In this document: positions 10,734 to 23,334 of the stretch, in pieces
Layout of the letters: every line of letters starts with the position of its first letter
Position numbering within the stretch: the first letter of the stretch is position 1
NCBI GenBank assembly: GCA_026025795.1
Contig: JAPEUG010000095.1
Location: 1-49,987, forward strand
Length of the DNA stretch: 49,987 bases
DNA from: Thelocarpon superellum
Taxonomy: Eukaryota
Reading direction: 5' to 3'
Program-made: the position numbers and the translations under genes
The notes under the pieces: model-generated
Seen by the model: only the letters and a program-made list of their open reading frames with translations
Database searches by the model: none
What the model was told of the DNA's origin: nothing

Positions 10734-11905
10734 TTGAATGGGTGGATGGATGGGATAGTTGTCGCTATCTCAGCCCCCTCCCAGGGATCGATGGATGGGA
10801 TGAAGCGGTCGGGTTGGAAGTGCATGCACGCATCAGTGGTCTTCTCTCCAGCTCCTCATCCTCCTCTCGTCCTGCTGCGTGTTGCGGCTCTTCTCTGCTC
10901 TGCTCATCTTTAGCCTCTCTGCGCTCTTGCTAGGTCTCGCGCTCGCACTCGCACTCACACTCACTGCCGGCGTCGTCACCGTCGTCACCGTCGTCTTCTC
11001 CGCTAGCAAGCGTACATAGCGGTCAAGGCAAGGCAGGGAATCTTAGGAGTTGGTCTTGGAACGCTCGCGTCCGAATCGACTAGTGCACTCAAGTCTGCCC
11101 GAAACGTGGTCCCTGTCCTTCCTCCCGCCTCTCCGTCTGATCCAACTCCGTGTGCTCATGCTGAACGGGATGCACGCGTATGTCGGCGAGAGCTCCTGCG
11201 CTCGGACTTTGACCTTGCTTCAGATCATGGTTGAATACTTCGGACCAACGTTGACACTTGGACGGACGGGTCGTTGGCATTTGCATGTTGAGCGATGGAT
11301 CTCCATGAAGAAAAGGCCTAGAACGGGCGGGAAAACCTCTAGGAGCCTTACTGTTCTCACGTTACGTCTTTCTATGCGGATTCGGTTTCTGACGTCGACG
11401 TGATGTCCTACGCCAACATCCATGTATCGTCCAAGTCGTGTACCACGTCCCATCGTGACGATGAACTTCGGGTCCTGGTCAAGGAAGGAAGGAGGCCAGC
11501 GCGTCTGCCGCTCTCCCCATTCTTGTCCTCCCACTTATCCATATCCGACGCCATCACCACTACCCGTCAACACCGCTATGACCGGTCGCCAAGGAAGAAG
11601 AAGGAACGACCATGGCGGCGCGCGATGTGGAACTTGGAGCCGGATAACCATTGCACCTTGGTTGCTTTCCTTACTTCCTGGCCCCGTCTCCGTGCTTGTT
11701 GCTTCATTCTCGCCGTCTCCATCACCATCTCGCTCATCATCCCACCCATCCCACCCATCCCACCGCATCCCATCCGCTATTGCTTCATGTGTGCGTGAAG
11801 GCTTGTCACAGGGCTTGCCAGGCCTGTCCTAGCTCGGGTTGCATTTCCCCGTTGCAATCAGCCCTCGGCCAGTACCGTCGCCATCAACGCTGCCCGCCGC
11901 CCAAT

Positions 11906-14046
11906 ATGCGGTACCAGAACTGGGACGTGATTCTGTTTGCAAATGAATCGCGTATCCCGATTCAAGAATTCAACACGGGATGCCATGTGCTGCAAGATCC
12001 TGGTGCGCCGACCCGACGACTCTTCGTCCCCTGTCGTCGTTGTAACACACATCCCGTCATCTAGAGTCTTCAAAGCTCCAGGCCGTCATCACACAGAACC
12101 TGCCATTCCCCGTCGACCAGGTCATTCCGATCCCGCTGCCCACGATCGTCTCGTTCATCCCGAATCTTCCCAAGGGCTTTCCGTTCCGCATCTCGGTGCA
12201 CAGTTGGGATAATCCGCGTCCGTCGCCGGGCCTGGAGAGTATGATGACCAAGAATGACAAGGTCCTCTTTGAGGCTCGCGTCACGATCGATGGACGCTGC
12301 GTGGCGTGGGTAGATCGAGAGGGATGCCGTCCAACGGCGCTAATGGTGCTGTGGCAGATCCTCCCTGTTCACCAGCAAGGGACCTTGGCCTCAGATCATC
12401 GGTATGCCCGCAGTCTTTGTCGACCGGTCGAGAGGCTAACGAGGGATGGCAGATTGGTTTTCGAGTACGGGATGTGAGTTCACGATTGATGGACCCCACA
12501 TTGATGCATGTCCTAGCTCTAGACAAGTACGGTCATCCCGAGACCTTGAAGTTCCCACCGTTCTGGAGCGAGATTCTTGGGCAAAGCTGGTGGAGTGCGG
12601 CGGAGAGTACCGGCCGCATCAAAGTGATCATCGCCGAGGGATTTCTCCGCGAGCGACTTCAGCCCCCATTTGAACGAGTCAAGAATCTCGTGACGTTTTC
12701 CTTCCAGCATGCCCCCATCGGTGGGTGATGGTGTGGAAAGTGAGGGGCGTAAGGGGCACTGATGAGACATAGGGGTGCTTGAGACATGCGGAATCGCGTG
12801 GCCCAATCCACAGATGTGGCTCCAGATTCCCCTTCCCGCCTTGGCTCCTGCACCTCGTCCTGTGGCGATGATCGATCACGATGCCCACGCACATTCGCCA
12901 CGTCGTCGAGACGGGAAACCTTCTGCATTCAAGCATACAGAAACGCTGCCGGTCCCATTCAAGCTTCGTTCGCAGGGTGCTTCATCGCACGAATCCTCGA
13001 CGCAGCACGTATCCAACGCGCCTCCCATCTGGACCGGGCCCGATCCATTCATCAGTGGACATGGGCAGTCTGGTCCGGAGGCGTGTTTGGAACGGGGCAG
13101 CCATGAGGACCAACCCATGCCGGACTACTCGAACTCGGCCACTACGCAGAGCAGTAGCCGCAGCCGCAGCGTCAGTGGACCAGCAGATATAGGCCGCGCA
13201 GCGAGCCCGGCGGTAGTGGCACCACCCGATGACGCACTGTATAAGGAACTGCTGGAGGCGTTGAGTCCTCAAGAGACGACGGCGACGCTGGGGATATTTG
13301 CCCCAGCCAATACGCGAGCCAGCAGCGCCGACTCGACGCTTGCCCATCCACCTCCGTCGGCGGCTGCTCAAGCGCGCATCGCCTCGTACTCGTCGGTGAC
13401 GCGCAAGGTTCCTCCGTCGGCGATCAAGATTGCCGGTCGAAGGGACCGATCGGATATCAGCATGAGATCGCGCTCGTCCGAGGACGCGGGATCGCACAAG
13501 GAGAATGTGGATGTGAAGATCCAGCGTGTGCCGGCGTCATGCATCAAGGGGAAGAAAGAGGGGAATGAGGCGCTCGATGCTCAGGGAGGGTTGGCACCGG
13601 GGCAATTCGCATCGAGTGCTCGGTTGGGGGAGAGCGGGACTGGACCAGGGACAGGGCCAGGGACGGCGCCGACGAACGTCAGTGTGGTTAAGAGGAAACG
13701 AGGGCGCAAGCCATCGGAGAAGACGGCGACGGTGGCCACGACGACAGTTACATCTGCGACGTCGGGGACGGGGACGGGGGCGGACGGGAGTATATCCAGG
13801 TCCTCACCAACGAGAAAGGCATCGAAGGGTAGGTATGGGTTGGGAGAGGTTCGCGTGGGCATTGACGTGGGTGTTGACGACGATGATGACCATGGCCGTG
13901 ATGACCATGATAATGTCGGTGATGATGGAGAAGGTGAAACGATGGATACGGTGGTGATGACGACGCCGATGATGGGTGGAGGTGGAGGCCAAGGGGGAAG
14001 GAAACCGCGACCACAATCACGCTCACCGTTGAAGGTACTTCGTTGA
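11906..14046 (+). CDS. Conserved fungal hypothetical protein (MRYQNWDV... N-terminal domain, disordered C-terminus)
   Basis: ATG 11906 MRYQNWDVILF...IPIQEF. Spliced exons give LPTIVSFIPNLP, FRISVHSW, VLFEARVTIDG, GPWPQII, LKFPPF, GRIKVIIAEG, ERVKNLVTFSFQHAP, LETCGIAWPN. About 6 exons including a 12-nt micro-exon at 12453-12464. Family recalled, not searched. Confidence 0.8.
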
Positions 14047-14169
14047 CGGTACTGCCCTCGCTGACCAGCGCCCACTACCTCCGGCATAGGTGACTGTTGA
14101 CATTCGATGAGATGACCCACTTCACTTACTGTCGTTTACTGTACATTACTCTGTATCATTAGTAGTGCA

Positions 14170-14720
14170 CAGCATAGCACAGCATCAGATAGCATAGCGT
14201 AGCATCCAGACCATCACACACGCACACACACACACACACACACATTTACACGTGGAGACGTAGAAGTGGACAAACGCAATCTTTCGATCCTATTCGATTG
14301 AACATCCAACATCCAACATCCAACATTCAATGAAGGATGCGAGAGAAAGCAAGAAGGAAAAGCCGGGACAAGGAACCAGACCAGACCAGACCAGATCAGA
14401 CCAGACGGAGACAACAGGGCACGGGAGTACCAACAGGACCCAAAGGAAACCGAAAAACTCTCCACTTGAACCTAGTCAATCCAATGAACCGGGATAATCC
14501 AGACGGGAATAGACATAGACATGGACATAGACCGGGCACAAAGGCTGATGGACCGGAAACCAAAAACCAAAAACCAAAGCTATCCAGAATGAAGCAAAAC
14601 AAAGCAAAGCAAAGCAAGAGGAAGCAAGAGGAAGCAAGAGGAAGCAAGAGGAAGCAAGAGGAAGCAAGAGGAAGCAAGAGGAAGCAAGAGGAAGCAAAAC
14701 AAAGCAAAGCAAGAGGAAGC
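14170..14720. repeat. Micro/minisatellite cluster: (CA)n ~14215-14244, (AACATCC)3 ~14301, (ACCAG)n ~14376-14405, (GAAGCAAGAG)7 14621-14690
   Basis: Directly visible; lies between two convergent stop codons. Confidence 0.95.
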
Positions 14721-14874
14721 AAAACAAAACAAAACAGAACAGTGCAGAGCTATTATCCCCCCCCCTCTTCTCCTTTCCCATTCTCTCTACTCCGTTGTTG
14801 GTCCCCCTCGTTCCGTCATTCCACTCCGCTTTGCTTCGTCTTCGGCAGCGCTCCGCTCGGCTTGGTTCACTCGC

Positions 14875-17714
14875 TCAGACATCGCCTGACCCGGCCTCCA
14901 ACCCTCCATCCGTTCCATTCCCATAAGGTAAGGACATGTCGAAATTCATGCCGCTGCCTACACCATCCTCGGTGTTGAGGAACGAGTCAAAGTCAAATTG
15001 CTCCAGCACGTTGTCGCCGTCGAGCGCAAAGTCCAGGGACATGTCTGGCGCCGCCTGGATTTCCCAACGAGATGCGTCAGTGAGTGGGCCGCCCGACGCA
15101 ACAAGGACGAAGGAGGGGGTGGGAAGAGAAGGGATGTCTTACGTTGGTTCCGTCCATCAGAGGCCCGAATGGTTGCTCGGCTTGGGCTTGAGCCTGTGCT
15201 TGGGCTTGGGCTTGGGCTTGTGCCTGGGCCTGGGCCTGAGCTTGGGCTTGCGCCTGTGCTTGGGCCTGGGCCGCCCCCACTGCCGCCTGGCCCGGTACCG
15301 CTATCGACGCAGGCGCCTGACTACTTCCACTGCTGGCGGGCTGCGGCGCTTGGCCCTTCTGCGTAAACGAGTTCGGATGCTGGGGCGTGATGGGCGTCGA
15401 CGGCGTCGGGGTGGCCGGAGGCTCCGTCTCTGCGGATGGGGTGGCCCCGGCGTTGATATTCGCACCTGATGCCTTCTTCCGAGGTGCCTGTCGTCATCAG
15501 GATCATGAACCTCTCCCTCGTCGAGGTGAACACATACCTTCTTCTCTCCCTTCTTGGCCTTGGGATTCGCCTTATTCGCCGGTTGTGGCGTCGGTGGAGC
15601 CGCGGCCTGCTGTGGTGACGAAGGCTGCGTCCTACCGCTGTTGTTATTCGCAGGCGGCGCTTGTGGAGGCGGCATGGCCGTTCTTTGCTGTGGCGTCCCC
15701 ATCTGGGGCGCCTGTGCCTGTGCCTGTGCCTGCTGTGGCTGCACTTGCCCTTGCGCGTTCGGCTGCATCATCGGGGCCTGCCCTGGTTGCTGGGCTTGCT
15801 GGGCTTGCTGGGCCTGCGCAGCTTGGGCCGCTTGGGCCGCTTGTTGCTGCTGCTGCTGCCAGTTCCCCTGCTGCAGCCCGGCCGCCACCACCGCTGCTCG
15901 CTGCCGTTGCATAAACTCCATCTGTTGCGACGTGAGTTGCCCGGTGAACCCAGGGGGATGCGAGCTCGGCGGTCGCATCATGTTCCCATTCGGTCCGCCG
16001 CCGGGGATGTTCTTGTTCATCGCGTCCATCTCGTGATACAGCTGCGGCGTCATGCCCGGCGGCATCTGGCCCGCGGCGAAGCCCATGGCGGCCGGCGAGC
16101 CTCGCGCCTGCGGCATGCCCCCTTCCGGCAGCGGAGAGCCCGGCAGCCCGGCCTGATTCATCTTGGGCGTGCCGCGCTTCATCTGATCATGCGGGTTGGG
16201 CGATGGGCCCGATCGACTGCCCTGGGGCGACATGGCCTGGAAGCCCGGTTGACCCGCTTGATCCGGTCGCAGATCGCCGCCACCCTGCTCTTGACGAGCC
16301 ATCAACAGGCGTTTCTTATTCTGCTGCTCCAGCAGCATCAGCTGCATCTGATAGTCCTGCAATGCGTGGTTGCCGCCGTTCGGCGCCACGACGCCGCGCA
16401 TCTGCGGTTGGTTGGCGTAGTAGCCTTCCATGTTGGCCGGTAGGGCTTGGCCATCCGGCATGTTCTGCATCATGGGCGATCCCTGGTTCGGCAGTCCCTT
16501 TTGGAGATTCTGATTACTCAGTGCCATGCGCTCTTGATGGGCCAGGTTCTGGTTATATACCTCGATGGATTTGCTCTGTGCCGCCGCATTCTGCTGCTGG
16601 AAGTTGTTGAACTGGCTCGGCGTGAGCCCGTTGGGATTGATGTTGTGCTGCATCAGCAGCTGGTTGGCGTGGATCGCCTGCGCCGTGTTGGCCGCCGCTC
16701 CCGTCGGCTGGCCTTGCATGCCCTGGGGCGGTCCTCGGCCGTTGGGTCCCATCTGCTGGCCATTGAATCCATTCTCCAGCCGCGGTCGCTTCGAGGGCGA
16801 CGGGGCGTTGTCCACGGAGGAGGGTGACTGCTGGCGTTGGTCTCCATTCAGATCCAGACCGGAGCCCTCGCGCTGCATCTGATGCTTCATCTGCGCCGCC
16901 ATCTGCAGCTGCTGGGGTGTGCTATCGGTCCGTGTCAGCCGCGCCATCGGCACCCGCGGGGAGGGCGAACGTACGCTTTCCGACTGTTCAGCATCGCCGT
17001 GCGCTGCAACTCCTGCTGGCTCATGTTCATGCCATTCTGCATGCGCACGAGGTTTTGCATCTGTGCCGGCATGGCCTGCGGGCCCATCTGCCGTAATAAT
17101 TGATGCTGCTGCTCTTGTCGTAATCGTTGTTGTTGCTATCGCCACGTTAGAAGGGATCGCACTCCGTCCGTGCGGGCGGGGGCGCCGCATACCTGCGTGT
17201 GATGGACATATTGCATGACATGGCCCCCTTCACCGGCCTTGGGTTTCTTGCGTTGTGCAACGCAGATGTCCCAGAAGAGACACCACCAATCGTGCAGAAA
17301 GGAGACCTCGGGTTGGCCGGCCGGCACGTTGGGTACCGGCAGATCATCCGGACGCTTGTGGTCGAGGTCGTCTTTGCCCTCGGGGTCCATGTCAGCGGCG
17401 CCATTGCTCAAGACGTTCCCGTCGGCGTCGCGACGCTGACCCGGGCTGGCCTTGACAAAGTCCAGTTGGACCTCGCTCTGCATCAGCGCGCGGGCGCAAT
17501 CCCAGAGTTCGTTGCGGATAAAGTAGTCGTAGATGTACGTGTTGAGCTGCGTCTTGGGGTCACCCGGCAGGGCCCCATTTCGCGATGCCCCGCCCGGCCC
17601 GTTGTTCATCATCTGCAATCCGGCGCCGGCGCCGGCGCCGGCGATGCCCATGTTGCCACCGACGGGCCCGCCGACGGCATTCATCGCCGCCGCCATGTTG
17701 ATGGTGTTATTCAT
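14875..17714 (-). CDS. somA: SomA/Som1 (Flo8/Mfg1-like) LisH/LUFS-domain transcriptional regulator
   Basis: Exons 17714-17193, 17135-16975, 16921-15538, 15487-15143, 15054-14875. Motifs LNTYIYDYF, FLHDWWCLFWDI, APSPSKRPRL, NHALQDYQMQLMLLEQQNKKRLLMARQEQ, TPTPSTPITP, VLEQFDFDSFL; poly-Q and (QA)n tracts. Confidence 0.92.
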
Positions 17715-19918
17715 CGCGCGGTCGCGGCGGACGAGACGGACAGATCGAGTGGCGGGCCTCGATGCCCGACTTGTCCGAGTGGCAGGGCGAGAGGGAGGGC
17801 GAGTGACGGGGAAATCGCGCTATTGGCGTTGATGGATTCCGGCTGGATGTTGGGGGGGGGAAAAGGCACCGACGAGCCGGGAGGCGAGGCCGAGAACTTT
17901 TTGCACCCGCAGGGCCGTCGGGCGCAAGGCCTGGCGAAAGGGTGGACGAGCACAGCAGGCTCGACGGCGGGATGTCACGCGTGAGACGGAGGGTGAGCGG
18001 ACGTCGTTACCAGGGGGGTAAGTGGTTAGTATGCGTGTGGAGCGAGGGCGAGCGGTGCGATTGAGGTTCCGATGCGAAGAGATGCTGCCCCAGCGGTGGC
18101 AGCAGCGGCCGTGGCAGCAGCGCGGCGGCGGTGGTGCGGTGGTGCAGTGGAGCGTAGTGCGTGGAGCGTGGTGCTTGGTGCGACAATCCCAGGCGCCGGA
18201 TGGGGGGTGGCTGGCACTCTGAACGATTGCCGGCCAGGTCCGGCCGCTACGGAAGAGTATTCGCCATGCCCATGCGCAGGCCATCTCTCACCAACCAGGC
18301 TCGCAGCCATGGTGGCCCGCTTGCGTCCCCCGAGCCGATGACCGCGCAAACTGCCTCCGGCTCGCGCCGAGACGCGGTCCTTCAACTCCCCCTACTACGG
18401 CTCGCCACACCATCCTGCCATGCTGTGCTGTGATTTACGTAGCGGCGTCATTCGTCCAGCACCAACGATCTCGCGAAAAGTGTCCCACGGCAAATCATCC
18501 ACGGCCCCATTCCATTAGTAAGGATCATCAGGCAGGGCAGTCTCCTCCCCCCGCGTGACGCTCCCGTTGCGATACGATGACTGGTGAGCACACGGCGGTC
18601 CCTGTACTTTCGGATTACTATCTCGGTCTTGCTTGAGAAGGTCAGCCTCAGCTCCGCGCTGCGGCTTTGCTCAGCTTCGATTACCAACTTCAATGATGAC
18701 AGACCTGCAGGACGAAGACTCTGCAACCGGGCGACGATGGACGACGGGGATCACTACCAAGCTTGGTAAGATGTAGCACTATTGGCAGCATGGCGCATGC
18801 GCACGACCACCATGTTTCCTGATCGTATTGGAGCAGCCAGTCGAGACAATAATGGAGCAAAATTCAACAGGTCCCGCTGGACGCGCCGCGCATACCTCCG
18901 TCCCGTCCAAAGGTTCACTTCGAGCTGCTGGACGATTCGCCCACTCAGCTGGCAGGTCCTCTCTCGTCCTCCCTCCCGCAGTCTCTGAGCGGGTCGGTTG
19001 GAAGCAGCAAACACGCCCGACCACTACGGAGAAGCTGTCTGGTACTCGTACCCGACTACGCTTAGCCACGCAGGTCGTAGGTGCAGCACATCAGATCCGA
19101 CCAACGAATCAGGCGCCGGCCACCACTTCCGATCTGCCCCCGTCTGGGAGGGATCCAATCGACCGGACCTCTTGGAAAAGATTGGCATCGGACGGAGATG
19201 GGCGCTAGAAGATCAAGCCCTTCCTCTGGCTTGTCGTTGTCGAAGAAACATGGGTGAAGTTTCACTCGGGACCACGCCCAGAAGTAGCCGACTAGTCAGT
19301 GCACAAATAGCCATGGTCAGGCCCTTTGCAATCTTACTCCCGGCACCACCCATCGCGCCCCATGCGCGTCAGGGTAAGGGTTGCGCCATGGACCCAGGAA
19401 AATCTCTTGCCGCTTTGATCTGCAGTCAACGGCCTTACTTTCGGTCACTGGTATGAAGTACGGTGCGGAGCGGCATCGAGGGACTGATGCTATCAAACCC
19501 CCACCGCATAGTTTTGAGTTCGTCATTCTAAACCGTCCCGACCGTTGGACTGTACCATCGGAGCTCCTCGGACATGGCGAATTTGACGTAAAATATGGAG
19601 GCTGTGACTAATTTGCGTAACGTGGTTTGGATGGGGCATTTGGGTCGGTGTGACTGATCCGGTGTGAACATCCTGCATCGGCCACAATCGCCGGCCCCGA
19701 AGCGTCGCCCACTGTCGTTTGAGAGGATGCTACGCAGTCTGGGTCCGTCAAACCAGTACACCGCCGCCCCGCCGCCTCGCATCGTCACGGTCGCAAACGA
19801 CGGACCCATCTCCATCGGATCGTCAACCATCCGCACATCGCCTGATGTTCGTTGCCCGATGGCCCCACCACCCTAACGCCCGAGCTCACTTTCCCAAAAC
19901 CAGTGCGTTGGTCGATGT

Positions 19919-20733
19919 CTATTCGTCGTCGGCCGGCATCTCGTCGTCGATATACTTGAGTAAGGTGATGCGCATCTCGGTCGAGTCGTTTCCCCGAAGC
20001 ACGTCGCTCACGAAATGTGCATCCACCTGCATCTGGACCTGATTGACCCGTCCTGTTAGCCGGCGTGCGACGAGAACGACGTTGCAGGCGAGACCGACCA
20101 TCTCCAGGGCGCCTCGTAAGATGCCGCATAGGATATTGGAGTACCAGAGCTCATCTTGTGCGCGACCATCATCCGGGAGCTCGACAAAGTCCGCCAGCGG
20201 GTTCTCCTCGAAGACGAGGGAGAACTGCTTGTTGTCGCTCGTCCAACCGCTGACGGTTGGCGTGACGTTGAGGAAGATCTTGAAGCCCACCTGCGGGGAG
20301 CATCAGCGACGCATGTCCGTCAGCGTTCCACTCGCCGCACCTTAGATATCATCTCGGCCGTCTCGCGGAAGTTGGAGCACCGGCCGACGTTGGACTTGGC
20401 CAGAAAGTCGTCGATCAGCCGCAGGCCAATGTTGTAGCCCATCTTATCCAACTGCTTGTTGACCTCACTGTAGTCGTGATCGAAGTCGCGGCAGAGCTGA
20501 ACAACAACTGTGCCGTAGGTCAAGGTGACCAGTTCCGCATTGACTTTGTCTACTCGAGTCCTGAGGCGGGGTCAACCGGCATTCGAAGGGGGGACACGTG
20601 CTGCGGTTTCGATGCCGCCCGCAACGTCCTCGACACGTACTTCCATGTTCTACATCGATCAGCCCGGAGCAAGTCGTGACAGGCCTGGCATGACTTACTC
20701 TTCGCCCAGTCTGGCAGCTTTGGCTGAGGCCAT
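19919..20733 (-). CDS. bet3: TRAPP complex subunit Bet3
   Basis: MASAKAARLGEE-TWK-TRVDKVNAELVTLTYG, LDKMGYNIGLRLIDDFLA, ENPLADFVELP, LWYSNILCGILRGALEMV, SDVLRG; 9-nt micro-exon at 20649-20641. Confidence 0.95.
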
Positions 20734-21108
20734 CCCCTTGACCCGATGCCTCTCGCGAGATGCACGTAGACGGTTGTCGAGCTCCTCCTCTGTCGCACCA
20801 CGTACACGTAGAACCGCCTCTGCTCTATTTGAGATGATCTATTGAAGTAGGATGACTCTCATGATGTCAAGGCGGGGTAGGGTACGCGGGGCTCGTTCCA
20901 ACACAGGAGGTGATGGTGCGTGGCAGAACATGGATCCATCATCTCTGCCATCCAGATTTGGCGAGGACCGATCGACCTTTTCCTGCCGACTCGACATAAT
21001 TCATATTGCTTCAGAAGCTTCGTCAAAGCCACCAACCTCTGCATCTGCACCTTTCCCACACGTATCGTTTGAAGAGGAGGGCCACTTTGACCCGACTCAT
21101 CCGGCACC

Positions 21109-22521
21109 ATGTCTGCCGAGAAACGGCCGGCGTCGGACGCCTTTGGCTCGACCCAGATGATCGTAAAGAGGCAGAAGTCCGACGCAACCTTGGGTAATGG
21201 CAAGGCGGTCGCGGTGGTCAACAACTCGACACAGAATGGCGCACTCATTCAGGCGGTACGCGTCAACCTCTTTGCACGTCCTTGAAGCTCTGGCGGAAGT
21301 CTGGGAGAGCAACGGGGCTGATGTGCTGGTGCGTCCAGGTCCCGCGTACCAGCGGTCTGCAAGCTCCGATCATGGAGTTGACGGGTACGGATTCCCACGC
21401 TCGAGATGATCAGCCAGGACGAATCGTTGAATGAGACTCTACAGGCCACTCCGGTGAAGTTTTTGCCACCAGATTCGACCCGTCCGGGCAGCACATTGCC
21501 TCGGGATCTATGGACCGGTCAATCTGTGAGGATACGCGGAATGACAGGGAACGCTGGACTAATGAGCGAGGCAGTGCTATGGCGAACCTATGGCGAGTGC
21601 GAGAATTACGGGGTGCTATCGGGACATCGAGGCGCGGTCATGGATCTGCACTGGTCGAGGGATTCGCGGGTCATCTTCTCCGCCTCGGCCGACAAAGAGA
21701 TTGCCAGCTGGGACGTAGAGACGGGCCAGCGGATACGAAGGCACGTCGAACACGAGGAAGTCATCAACTGCCTAGACGTCAGCCGGCGAGGAGAGGAGAT
21801 TCTCGTCAGCGGTTGTGACGATGGATACATCGGGGTATGTGACCATCTTCAATCATCCTCATCCCCCACGGACTCATCTGTTGCAGATATGGGACCCGCG
21901 ACAAAAGCAAGCGATTGACTTCATCGAGGCCGAGTTCCCCGTGACGGCCGTGGTGCTCTCGGAAGCAGGCAACGAGCTGTACTCGGGGGGCATCGACAAT
22001 GACATTAAAGTATGGGACATGCGCAAGAAGAGCGTGGTGTACTCGATGCTGGGACACACCGACACCATCAGCTCTCTCACGGTCTCACCGGATTCGCAAA
22101 CCCTTCTCTCCAACTCCATGGACTCGACGGTGCGCACGTGGGACATCCGGCCCTTTGCACCCACCGACCGCCACGTGAAGACGTACGACGGCGCGAGTGC
22201 CGGGATCGAAAAGAACCTGATCCGCGCAAGCTGGGACAGTAAAGGCGAGAAGATCGCAGCCGGGAGCGGCGACCGGTCCGTCTTGATCTGGGAGGCCCGT
22301 TCCGCCAAGATCCTGTACAAACTCCCGGGACATAAAGGCTGCGTGAATGACGTGCGCTTTGCTCCTGGCGATGAGCCTATTGGTGCGTATCTCTCCATCT
22401 CTTCCGCGTCTGCCACTGTGGCGAGTCAATGGCTGACCGACTGACCGATGGTATGATTGATGGTACAGTCTTGTCCGGCTCGTCAGACAAGAACCTCATG
22501 TTGGGCGAATTAGGGCGATGA
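21109..22521 (+). CDS. spf38: U5 snRNP 40 kDa WD40 protein (SNRNP40/Spf38/Cwf17)
   Basis: Exons 21109-21255, 21339-21384, 21445-21525, 21575-21834, 21887-22382, 22469-22521. RTSGLQAPIMELTGHSGEVF, LWRTYGECENYG, LLSNSMDSTVRTWDIRPFAP, IEKNLIRASW, LYKLPGHKG, LMLGEL. Confidence 0.92.
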
Positions 22522-23334
22522 CCTGTCGTGTGAGTGAAGGTGGAGGTAGAGGCGTCCGTGTAGATGAAGAATGCAGGGTCGACAATACGGAGTACCAGGT
22601 CATTCAAATTCCACTTCTGCTCGTGGCAGACTATCATCCACCGTACTCTACCGTACCATACCATACTGTAGTGGAACGGCACGGAACTGGATGGAGAAGA
22701 GAAGAGGCAAAGCAAGAGGCAGATCCAACACAGAGAAAATGCTTGGAAGAAAGAGAGAAAGACAGGCATCAACGAAAGAAAGAAGGAAAGTGCCCCTCAA
22801 AACCCACAACGTCATGACGTTGCGTATTCTTTGACCGACAACTCCTTTCCCCTTCTCTCAAATCTCAACTCTCAAATGGTGCCCCTCACATCACAACGGC
22901 TCATCCCGACTCACATCGGAGATGAAGAGAAACATTGGAAAACGCCCTGCCTGCCTGTCTGTCCGCCCGCTCACCTCCCTTCCAGTCTGCGCGCGTACGA
23001 GCCGGGTAACCAGCCAGCCAGTGAACCCGCTAGAAAAGTCGTAGGGCTAGCATCTGACCACTGCGACAGATATCGCGATATTGCCGCACACAGCAAGTAG
23101 AGTAAGCACATCGCGCATCCAGATCGTAATAAGATGGGACCGTACGCCATGCGTGTCCCGGAAAACGCCAGTTCATGACCGATCGATGTGTGAGGATAGA
23201 TGATGGTGAGTTGTGAGAGAAATAGTGAGATGCATAGGTGAGATCGCGGGACGGATATGCCATTTCCGCCATATGAGACCTCGTTGGAGATTAAACGTGG
23301 CCGTCTAGATCGACGTGAGATGGGACGGATCGAA

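Noticed and set aside
10733..11780. Complementary (GGATG)n at ~10740-10800 and (CATCC)n at ~11738-11775 as long-range pairing
   Set aside because: Low-complexity repeats with short, ambiguous complementarity.
14591..14720. Regular repeat as a CRISPR array, or the ORFs 14337-14978, 14396-14722 and 14476-14781 as genes
   Set aside because: Head-to-tail 10-mer minisatellite with no spacers in a eukaryotic genome; the ORFs are translations of the repeat.
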